From: Clostridia bacterium
Lineage (GTDB): Bacteria > Bacillota > Clostridia > Oscillospirales > Acutalibacteraceae
Length of the DNA: 64,000 nt
NCBI GenBank assembly: GCA_017537365.1
Contig: JAFYKZ010000017.1
Coordinates: 356 to 64,355 of the forward strand
Direction: 5' to 3'
Shown here: positions 57,151-64,000 of the stretch, piece after piece
Layout of the letters: every line of letters begins with the position of its first letter
How positions within the stretch are numbered: the stretch's first letter is position 1
Notes under the pieces: generated by a model
What the model saw: the letters and a program-made list of their open reading frames with translations, nothing else
Database searches by the model: none
Told to the model about the DNA's origin: nothing
Made by a program: the position numbers and the translations under genes

Positions 57151-57315
57151 TTAATTGTTTCGAGTTTTTAATTTAGAGTTTTTCCTATGTGGTTTTGTTT
57201 TTTCTGTAAAATAGGGACAATCATTAAGCGGAGAATTTATTTTGCCGCATTTTTCAAGATTGCAATATCCGTCTGATTGGTATTTGCAATTATCGGTGCA
57301 TTGAATCATTCCCAT
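57151..57315 (-). CDS. small Cys-rich protein, DUF1540-like N-terminal half (absent from ORF track)
   Basis: My translation is MGMIQCTDNCKYQSDGYCNLEKCGKINSPLNDCPYFTEKTKPHRKNSKLKTRNN (54 aa). AGAGG SD 7 nt upstream. Its pattern MIxC-x3/4-C-x7-CNLE is shared with 17747..17932. Confidence 0.55.
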   Translation of the reverse strand: MGMIQCTDNCKYQSDGYCNLEKCGKINSPLNDCPYFTEKTKPHRKNSKLKTRNN

Positions 57316-57431
57316 TTCATAACCTCTGAAAAGATATATTCGATATAAATTATTATTTAAAGTAGAGCTTTAAATATACTTTATTTTAAAAAAATCTTGA
57401 TAGCTATAATTGGAAAAAATTAAAAAAATAC

Positions 57432-57460
57432 TTGATTTTTTATCTCTTATACTATATAAT
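57432..57460 (+). promoter_or_regulatory. sigma-A promoter of tRNA-Ser
   Basis: A-tract (AAAAAAATA), TTGATT, 17 nt spacer, TATAAT, 14 nt before the tRNA 5' end. Confidence 0.7.
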
Positions 57461-57473
57461 AGATAAGTCGCTT

Positions 57474-57565
57474 GGAGAGATGGCTGAGCTGGTCTAAGGC
57501 GCACGATTGGAAATCGTGTAACGGCTAATACCCGTTCAGGGGTTCGAATCCCCTTCTCTCCGCCA
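57474..57565 (+). tRNA. tRNA-Ser (anticodon GGA), CCA encoded
   Basis: Acceptor GGAGAGA/TCTCTCC, anticodon stem CACGA/TCGTG with loop TTGGAAA, long variable arm AACGG-ctaata-CCGTT, T-arm AGGGG-TTCGAAT-CCCCT, discriminator G plus CCA. Confidence 0.93.
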
Positions 57566-57569
57566 AAAA

Positions 57570-57602
57570 GAAAAAGTCGCTTTTGCGGCTTTTTTCTTTT
57601 TC
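57570..57602 (+). terminator. rho-independent terminator after tRNA-Ser
   Basis: AAGTCGC tttt GCGGCTT (one G.U pair) followed by TTTTTCTTTTT. Confidence 0.7.
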
Positions 57603-57706
57603 TACTATTATCTCTTCTTTATTATCTATTATCTAAATGATACGCGACTTTTCCAGATAATAAATAATAGATGATAACTTCGGTTTTGTTCACTTATTTT
57701 AAGGTG

Positions 57707-57736
57707 AAATAGCCTGTCCGTAAGGACAGGCTATTT
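57707..57736. terminator. hairpin downstream of radA (bidirectional terminator candidate)
   Basis: AAATAGCCTGTCC gtaa GGACAGGCTATTT, a 13 bp perfect stem. There is a T-tract on the plus side and only a weak one on the minus side. Confidence 0.6.
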
Positions 57737-57749
57737 TGGTTTTTATAAT

Positions 57750-59114
57750 TCACTTTATAATATCTATTGCTTGTTTAAGGCTTGTAACTCCGATTAGTTC
57801 TAAGCTATCGGGACAGGTTGCGATTTGTTTTATACAAGCTTTTGGTAGTATACATTTTGTAAATCCAAGTCTTGCAGCTTCATTTATTCTCGCTTGTGCT
57901 CTTGGCACTGAGCGAAGCTCGCCCGAAAGACCGATTTCACCGAAGGCTATAAGATTTTCGTCTATCGGAATATCGGTAAGCCCTGAAACTAAGGATAGGG
58001 CAACCGCAAGGTCTGCTGCCGGCTCGTCAAGTCTCATACCGCCAACAATATTTACATAAGCATCGAGGTTTGAAAAATATAGACCTAAACGCTTTTCTAA
58101 AACCGCGAGCAAGAGATTGAGTCGGTTATAATCAAAGCCGGTTGCGGTGCGTCTTGCGTTGCCGAAGCCTGTGGCAGAAACGAGTCCTTGAACTTCGGCC
58201 AGAATTGGTCTGGTTCCCTCTATAACGCAGGTGATACAACCGCCCGAAACATCTGCCATTCTGCCCGAAAGCAACATAGCAGAGGGGTTTTCAACCTCTT
58301 TAAGACCTATATCGGTCATTTCAAAAACGCCTATCTCATTAGTTGAGCCAAAACGGTTTTTGATACCTCTTAAAATTCTGTATGACTGATTTCTCTCGCC
58401 CTCGAAATATAGCACGGTGTCAACAATATGTTCCATAACCTTAGGACCCGCAATATCTCCGCCTTTATTTACATGACCTACTATAAAAATCGGAATACCG
58501 AGGTCTTTGCCTGTTCTTAGTAGCATATTGGTACATTCTCTGACCTGAACAATGCTGCCGCAAGCAGAGGAAAGTTCTAAAAGCTGCATGGTTTGGATAG
58601 AGTCTATCATAACAAGGTCGGGTTTATAGGCTGATATATAATCGCATACTGCACGGACATCAGTTTCGGTCATAATAGATACCGAATCGCTGTTAACACC
58701 GAGTCTGCCTGCTCGCATTTTTATTTGCAAAGCAGATTCCTCGCCTGAAACATAAAGTACTTTAAGTTTTTCTTGAAGCGCGTTGCAAATTTGCAAAAGT
58801 ATGGTTGATTTGCCGATTCCGGGGTCGCCGCTCAAAAGAACCACTGAGCCTTTAACTATACCGCCGCCTAAAACGCGGTCGAGCTCGGAAATGCCGGTTA
58901 TAAAACGCTCTTCATCATTTAAGGTGATTTCAGAAAGAGGCTTTGCTATGGCAGATTTTGAAACCGAAGCGGCAGGAAATTGAGGTTTGGCGGTTGAAAC
59001 CACTTCCTCTACCATACTGTTCCAGCTTCCGCAACCGGTACATTTTCCAATCCATTTTGAAGATTCATATCCGCATTCATTGCATACATATACCGTTTTA
59101 ACTTTTGGTGGCAT
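57750..59114 (-). CDS. radA: DNA repair protein RadA/Sms
   Basis: N-terminal zinc finger CNECGYES...CTGCGSWNS, Walker A GDPGIGKST, and a KNRFG motif with a Lon-like C-terminus. Confidence 0.96.
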   Translation of the reverse strand: MPPKVKTVYVCNECGYESSKWIGKCTGCGSWNSMVEEVVSTAKPQFPAASVSKSAIAKPLSEITLNDEERFITGISELDRVLGGGIVKGSVVLLSGDPGIGKSTILLQICNALQEKLKVLYVSGEESALQIKMRAGRLGVNSDSVSIMTETDVRAVCDYISAYKPDLVMIDSIQTMQLLELSSACGSIVQVRECTNMLLRTGKDLGIPIFIVGHVNKGGDIAGPKVMEHIVDTVLYFEGERNQSYRILRGIKNRFGSTNEIGVFEMTDIGLKEVENPSAMLLSGRMADVSGGCITCVIEGTRPILAEVQGLVSATGFGNARRTATGFDYNRLNLLLAVLEKRLGLYFSNLDAYVNIVGGMRLDEPAADLAVALSLVSGLTDIPIDENLIAFGEIGLSGELRSVPRAQARINEAARLGFTKCILPKACIKQIATCPDSLELIGVTSLKQAIDIIK

Positions 59115-59115
59115 T

Positions 59116-59832
59116 TTAAATCTCCTTATTATTTATAAAAAAATCGTTTATTCCGCTAAAAATGCAAAATGCAATTTTATTTTGATATTCTTCTGTTTTT
59201 AAGTTTTTAAGTTCTAAACTATTGCTTAAAAATCCGCATTCAACAAGCACCGCAGGTATTGTTGCATTATGCAAAATAAAGGTGCTGCTACCTGATTGTT
59301 TTATAACCCGCGTATTTTCAGGTTGAATTTTTTCTTTAATGCTTTTTTGTATAGCATTCCCTAAAATCTTAGAGCGTTCATCCTTTGCACTGTAAAACAC
59401 CTGAGAACCGTTGGCGGCAGAGGTTGTGAATTTGTTAAGATGAATACTAACAAAAACAGCTTCGGGATAATCTTTCATTAGTTCTAATCGGTTTCTAAGG
59501 TCGCTTTTTTTGCGCAGAGCAATTTTATCGGTCTCAACATCATCGGTTGAAACATCTGCCCCGCGAGTTAAAATAACATTATAACCCGCAGTTTTTAAAA
59601 AATCGGCAAGAGTTAAGGTTATTTTAAGGTTTATATCCTTTTCAATAGTACCGTCAGCCGCGACTGCACCGCCATCAAACCCGCCGTGGCCTGCGTCTAG
59701 GATTATGGTTTTGCTGAGGTTTATATTTTCTGACGAGGATATAAGGCTTGGCTTGTGCAATAAAGAGGTGGTTAATATTGTTATAATTAGTAGAAAAACA
59801 CCTAAAAATATTACTGACTTTTTAAGTTTCAT
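59116..59832 (-). CDS. cwlD: N-acetylmuramoyl-L-alanine amidase, CwlD-like (germination-specific)
   Basis: 238 aa with signal/anchor, ILDAGHGGFDGGAV and SIHLN motifs. Size and architecture match CwlD. Confidence 0.8.
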   Translation of the reverse strand: MKLKKSVIFLGVFLLIITILTTSLLHKPSLISSSENINLSKTIILDAGHGGFDGGAVAADGTIEKDINLKITLTLADFLKTAGYNVILTRGADVSTDDVETDKIALRKKSDLRNRLELMKDYPEAVFVSIHLNKFTTSAANGSQVFYSAKDERSKILGNAIQKSIKEKIQPENTRVIKQSGSSTFILHNATIPAVLVECGFLSNSLELKNLKTEEYQNKIAFCIFSGINDFFINNKEI

Positions 59833-59885
59833 ACCATCACCTCATATTTCAAAAATATGATTTTGAAATAGGGGATAGAACACTA

Positions 59886-60350
59886 TTAATTATATTTGAA
59901 GTTTTTATCTTTTTCAAGGGAAGCTTTATATTTTTTTATATAATATTTTGCCATATTTAGATTTTGCTCGGAATAATTTCCGCATTCTGATGCGCTGGCG
60001 CCGGGTATTTCACCCTCAAAGTTTATTATAAAATCGCACATATCTAAAACTAATGGATAAACATCCTCGCTTTCAAGGTCGCCAAACATTAAAAGATAAC
60101 AACCCGTTCGGCAACCCATAGGTCCGAAGTATACAACATCGTCTTTTTGGGTACTGTTTCTGAGATAGGTTGCGGCTAAATGTTCAATAGAATGAAGCGC
60201 AGGCATATCTATAACCGGTTCTTTATTTGGCGCGGTTATTCTTAAATCAAAGGTTGTTATGCAGATATTATCATTGCGGTCTTTTCTTGAAACATAAAGT
60301 CCTGATTCGAGTTTCAGGTGGTCGATTTTAAAGCTTTCTATTTTTTCCAT
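59886..60350 (-). CDS. luxS: S-ribosylhomocysteine lyase
   Basis: HSIEHLAATYLRN (HxxEH metal site), GPMGCRTG. Confidence 0.95.
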   Translation of the reverse strand: MEKIESFKIDHLKLESGLYVSRKDRNDNICITTFDLRITAPNKEPVIDMPALHSIEHLAATYLRNSTQKDDVVYFGPMGCRTGCYLLMFGDLESEDVYPLVLDMCDFIINFEGEIPGASASECGNYSEQNLNMAKYYIKKYKASLEKDKNFKYN

Positions 60351-60365
60351 AATAAGTTATCACCT

Positions 60366-60398
60366 TTAAAAAATTCCCCGTAGAAAAAACTACGGGGA
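60366..60398 (-). terminator. rho-independent terminator of fba
   Basis: Minus-strand UCCCCGUAG uuuuuu CUACGGGGA followed by AUUUUUUAAAG. Confidence 0.8.
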
Positions 60399-60413
60399 TA
60401 CTTTTTGTTTTAA

Positions 60414-61277
60414 TTAAGCCTTGCCAACAGAACCGAAAAGTTCCATCTTTTCTTTAACTGTTGCTTTGATAGCGGCAGTACCGTCTGCCAAAAGCTTACG
60501 AGGATCGAAGCCTTTGCCTTGAAGATCTTTGCCAGCTTCTATATATTTTCTTGTTGCATCAGCAAATGCTAACTGGCACTCGGTGTTAACATTGATTTTA
60601 GAAACACCTAACGAAATTGCTTTTTGAATCATATCAGCAGGGATACCTGTACCACCGTGAAGAACGAGAGGCATAGCGCCTGTAAGCTTTTGGATATCAT
60701 CAAGAGTATCGAAGCTTAAACCTGCCCAGTTTTCAGGGTATTTACCATGAATATTACCGATACCAGCAGCTAACATTGTAACACCTAAATCAGCAATCAT
60801 TTTGCACTCGTTGGGGTCTGCAACCTCACCGTTACCAACAACGCCATCTTCTTCACCACCGATAGCGCCAACCTCTGCTTCAAGAGAAAGACCTTTTTCT
60901 TCGCAGATAGCAACTAATTCTTTGGTTTTTGCAATGTTTTCTTCGATAGGATAGTGAGAACCATCAAACATAACAGATGAGAAGCCTGCTTCGATACAAG
61001 CCATAGCACCGTCATAACTACCGTGGTCAAGGTGGAGAGCAACCGGAACAGTAATACCGAGCTCGTTAATCATACCGTTAACCATACCAACGATGGTGGT
61101 ATAACCGCACATATATTTACCTGCGCCCTCAGAAACACCCAAAATAACAGGTGAGTTTAATTCCTGAGCGGTTTGTAAAATTGCTTTGGTCCATTCAAGG
61201 TTATTGATATTGAACTGACCTACTGCATATTTGCCTGCTTTTGCTTTGGTAAGCATTTCTTTTGCTGAAACTAACAT
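60414..61277 (-). CDS. fba: class II fructose-1,6-bisphosphate aldolase
   Basis: AVGQFNINNLEW, LHLDHG and LVLHGGTG motifs. 287 aa. Confidence 0.94.
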   Translation of the reverse strand: MLVSAKEMLTKAKAGKYAVGQFNINNLEWTKAILQTAQELNSPVILGVSEGAGKYMCGYTTIVGMVNGMINELGITVPVALHLDHGSYDGAMACIEAGFSSVMFDGSHYPIEENIAKTKELVAICEEKGLSLEAEVGAIGGEEDGVVGNGEVADPNECKMIADLGVTMLAAGIGNIHGKYPENWAGLSFDTLDDIQKLTGAMPLVLHGGTGIPADMIQKAISLGVSKINVNTECQLAFADATRKYIEAGKDLQGKGFDPRKLLADGTAAIKATVKEKMELFGSVGKA

Positions 61278-61310
61278 TTATAAGTCCTCCAAAAATATAT
61301 TTTAAAATAA

Positions 61311-61994
61311 TTAACGATTTAAAATTAGCTTTGTAAGCTCAACGGGGTCTACGATTTTTCCGTCTTTATAAACGCGCATATTACCCGAAGCAATTTCGTC
61401 AATTAAGATAACTTCATCGTTGTTATAACCAAACTCAAATTTAATATCCCATAAATCAAGACCGATTGATTTTAAATCATCAGCTACGATTTTGGTGATT
61501 TTCAAGGTTTGCTCTTTCATGCTTTCAAACATTTCAGGAGACATAACACCGAGAGCAGCCAAGCCTTCGCCTGTTACGAGCGGGTCGCCCTTTTCGTCGT
61601 TTTTAAAGGTGCATTCAACATATCCACCTTCTAAAACAGTACCGTCTTCAATATACTCGCCGTATCTGCGGATGAAGCTGCCTGTTGCTACTAAGCGGCA
61701 GATAACTTCAAGACCATGACCGAATACAGTACCAGGAAGAACTTCCATAGTTGCATTCTCAATATCAGCAGAAACATAGTGAGTTTTGATGCCGTTTTTC
61801 TTTAAAAGCTCAAAATAGAGAACAGAGGTTTGAAGGTTAGCCTTGCCGATACCCTCAATAGTAAGACCAACGCTGTTCTCACCGGGATCAAAAACACCGT
61901 CTTTACCGGTGCAATCGTCCTTAAACTTCAACATAACGTTGCCGTTTTCGAGCTTGTAAACATCTTTTGTTTTGCCTTCGTAAATTTTTGTCAT
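61311..61994 (-). CDS. purC: phosphoribosylaminoimidazole-succinocarboxamide synthase
   Basis: [13 protein letters not shown]... and DIKFEFG motifs. ATG 61994 lies 8 nt after AAGGAAG; the track GTG 62003 sits in the SD. Confidence 0.93.
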   Translation of the reverse strand: MTKIYEGKTKDVYKLENGNVMLKFKDDCTGKDGVFDPGENSVGLTIEGIGKANLQTSVLYFELLKKNGIKTHYVSADIENATMEVLPGTVFGHGLEVICRLVATGSFIRRYGEYIEDGTVLEGGYVECTFKNDEKGDPLVTGEGLAALGVMSPEMFESMKEQTLKITKIVADDLKSIGLDLWDIKFEFGYNNDEVILIDEIASGNMRVYKDGKIVDPVELTKLILNR

Positions 61995-62139
61995 TTTAAG
62001 CACTTCCTTTATAATCTTTAAAACGCTATATTATTTTAACATAAACAATACTATATTGTATACCTTTTTTTAAAAAAATTTTTCAATTTTTCAAAATTTC
62101 ACAAATATATAGGTTATTTAACTTTAAATAATATGCAAT

Positions 62140-63540
62140 TTATTTCATAAATTCAAACATTGCTTTATAGCACATATAAATATCGAGCTTTGCGGTTGTT
62201 TCAAACGGCGCGTGCATAGAAAGAACTGGCACACCAAGGTCAACAACGTCAAGTCCCATATTAGCGATATACTGAGCAACTGTACCGCCGCCGCCGAGGT
62301 CAACTCGTCCAAGCTCGCCGATTTGCCAGATAATATCGTTTTCATCAAGCATATTTCTGATTCTAGCTACGAATTCTGCCGAAGCATCGCTTGTTCCTGA
62401 TTTTCCTCCTGCACCTGTGTATTTAGTGAGCACAACGCCATAGTTTAGGAAAGAAGCATTTCTTCTTTCCATAACCTCTTGGAAAGTGGGGTCGGTTGCG
62501 GCATTAACATCGGCAGAAAGGCATTTTGAGTTTCTGATTGCAACGGTCTCGTCTGCACCCTGATTTTTTGCCAAATCACCGATAACATATCTGAGAAAAT
62601 CCGATTCCAAGCCTGTGTTACCCATTGAGCCGATTTCTTCCTTATCGGCCAAAATAGTAATAGCAGTTTTAAGAGGATTTTCTATATCGGTTATAGCGGT
62701 TAGAGCGGGGTATGCGCAAACGCGGTCATCCTGCCCGTAAGAGCCTATCATCGAGCGGTCAATACCGATATCGCAAGCCTTAAATGCAGGCACTAATTCA
62801 AGCTCTGCTGAGAGAAAATCGCTTTCGGTTATACCGTATTTTTCATTGAAAAGCTTTAAAACATTAAGTTTAACAAGCTCACTGCCCTTATCTGCTTTAA
62901 AGGGGTGGCTTCCAACCAAAACATTTAATTCTTCGCCTTTAATTCCCTCGTTTAAGGTGCGTTTTGATTGTTCTTGAGCCAAGTGGGGAAGAAGGTCGTT
63001 TATAACAAACTTAGGCTCGTTATCATTTTCGCCGATTATAACCTCTTTAACGCTACCGTCTTTAAGCGCAAAAACACCGTGAAGCGCTAATGGAATAGCG
63101 GTCCATTGATATTTTTTAATTCCGCCGTAATAATGGGTTTTAAAGAGGGCTAATTCGATTTCCTCATATAGCGGATTAGGTTTAAGGTCGAGACGGGGAG
63201 AGTCAATATGAGCGGCGCAGATATTAGCACCGTTTTCAATATTTTCGCTACCGATTATTGCAAAAGCAACAGTTTTACCGCGATTGTTTATATAAACCTT
63301 ATCTCCGGCATTGTATTTTTTATTTCGGTCGAACTCTTTAAATCCTTTGCTTTCGGCGAGTTTTATCGCAATTTTAACCGCTTCGCGTTCGGTTTTTGCA
63401 TTATCCAAAAATATTTTATAATCCTCGCAGTAATTCTGGGCTTCCGATAAGATTTTTTCGTCTGCCTTTAATCTACCGTTTTTACGGGTTATAAAAAGCT
63501 CATCCTTTAAACTTTCTGCTACGGTTTTATTATCAGACAT
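62140..63540 (-). CDS. M18 family aminopeptidase (aminopeptidase 1-like)
   Basis: 466 aa with AHIDSPRLDLKP, DKEEIGS and SMHAP motifs typical of M18 zinc aminopeptidases. Confidence 0.85.
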   Translation of the reverse strand: MSDNKTVAESLKDELFITRKNGRLKADEKILSEAQNYCEDYKIFLDNAKTEREAVKIAIKLAESKGFKEFDRNKKYNAGDKVYINNRGKTVAFAIIGSENIENGANICAAHIDSPRLDLKPNPLYEEIELALFKTHYYGGIKKYQWTAIPLALHGVFALKDGSVKEVIIGENDNEPKFVINDLLPHLAQEQSKRTLNEGIKGEELNVLVGSHPFKADKGSELVKLNVLKLFNEKYGITESDFLSAELELVPAFKACDIGIDRSMIGSYGQDDRVCAYPALTAITDIENPLKTAITILADKEEIGSMGNTGLESDFLRYVIGDLAKNQGADETVAIRNSKCLSADVNAATDPTFQEVMERRNASFLNYGVVLTKYTGAGGKSGTSDASAEFVARIRNMLDENDIIWQIGELGRVDLGGGGTVAQYIANMGLDVVDLGVPVLSMHAPFETTAKLDIYMCYKAMFEFMK

Positions 63541-63559
63541 ATAAATTCCCCTTTCATTA

Positions 63560-64000
63560 TCACTTAATATTATTTATAATTTTTTCAAATTCTTGCGTTA
63601 AAAAAAGAATATCTCCATTATTATAAATTATATGTTTAGTTCTTTCTTTATAAAATTCGTCAGGCTTTCCTGCGTTTATGCGAAGCAAAGCGGCAGGAAT
63701 ATCTATATTATCTCTTGCCATTATTCTTTTGCAGCGTATCTCTCGGTCAGACAAAATGCAGATAACCTCGTTGCATATACTGTCAAGACCGCTTTCGTAT
63801 AGAGTTGGGGCATCAAGTAAAACCTTTTCGGCATCAAGCTCAAGGTTAACAAGCTCTATAATAAAAGGAAAAATGGTTTTATTTAAAAGCTCGGTGTTTT
63901 CAGGGGTTTTAAAAGCTTTTTCGGCTAATGATTTACGATTCAAACTGCCATCAGCTTCTAAAATATCCTCGCCAAAAACTTCTACTAAGACTTTTAAACC
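63560..64000 (-). CDS. coaE: dephospho-CoA kinase, N-terminus outside window
   Basis: LDAPTLYESGLD and ILSDREIRCKRIMARD motifs. The reading frame stays open past the track Met to the window edge (LKVLVEVFGEDILEADGSLNRKSL). Confidence 0.8.
   Translation of the reverse strand, partial: GLKVLVEVFGEDILEADGSLNRKSLAEKAFKTPENTELLNKTIFPFIIELVNLELDAEKVLLDAPTLYESGLDSICNEVICILSDREIRCKRIMARDNIDIPAALLRINAGKPDEFYKERTKHIIYNNGDILFLTQEFEKIINNIK

Noticed and set aside
57600-57740. Possible phage/ICE attachment-site remnant 3' of tRNA-Ser.
   Set aside because: There is no integrase, excisionase or partial duplication of the tRNA 3' end within the window, and the next gene (radA) is core. Only the short repeats are reported, at low interest.
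59845-59868. AT-only palindrome ATTTCAAAA-tatga-TTTTGAAAT between the cwlD start and the luxS end.
   Set aside because: The stem is purely A/T, so it would make a very weak hairpin, and it lies in an AT-rich spacer where such palindromes arise easily. It could be an operator or a weak luxS terminator, but there is no supporting evidence.
1-64000. A whole-window look for CRISPR arrays, transposases/IS ends, prophage genes, restriction-modification, toxin-antitoxin pairs, retron or other defence-system hallmarks, rRNA genes and long tandem repeats.
   Set aside because: None seen. There are no regularly spaced direct repeats, no transposase, integrase or reverse-transcriptase-like ORFs, and no large nuclease/helicase/NTPase genes other than housekeeping RuvB, RadA and Clp. 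Every ORF over 150 aa on the sense strands could be placed in a housekeeping, metabolic or membrane-hypothetical category.

Overview
This is a low-GC Firmicutes (Clostridia-like, probably spore-forming) chromosomal segment, almost entirely core or ordinary metabolic genes. Order: (1) a cytoplasmic sugar locus (histidine phosphatase, GH38, HAD phosphatase, GH38), then a galacturonate operon (uxaC-uxaB-SGNH esterase-uxaA-eda-kdgK) that runs on into manA and a sugar-phosphate nucleotidyltransferase. (2) An FAD/Rieske oxidoreductase, TspO, a DUF1540 gene, and a glycine-riboswitch-controlled alanine/glycine symporter. (3) A 13 kb minus-strand block: membrane protein, rny, Clp-type AAA+ ATPase, cvpA, hypothetical, truA, ecfT-A2-A1, methyltransferase, ruvBAC. 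(4) potABCD. (5) The complete S10-spc-alpha ribosomal supercluster (rpsJ to rplQ, including secY, adk, map, infA, rpmJ, rpoA). (6) An orphan spoVAD, a small island of DUF4190/DUF2752 membrane proteins, and tRNA-Ser(GGA). (7) radA, cwlD, luxS, fba, purC, an M18 aminopeptidase and coaE. I found no CRISPR array, transposase, integrase, prophage or recognisable defence or toxin-antitoxin module. The candidates for something undescribed are modest. They are a ~277 nt structured leader with an attenuator-like hairpin before rpsJ, a ~240 nt terminator/antiterminator leader before the DUF1540 gene, the Cys-rich membrane-protein island, and the two-GH38/two-phosphatase cluster. All coordinates and structures were derived by eye from the sequence; no searches or folding programs were run.
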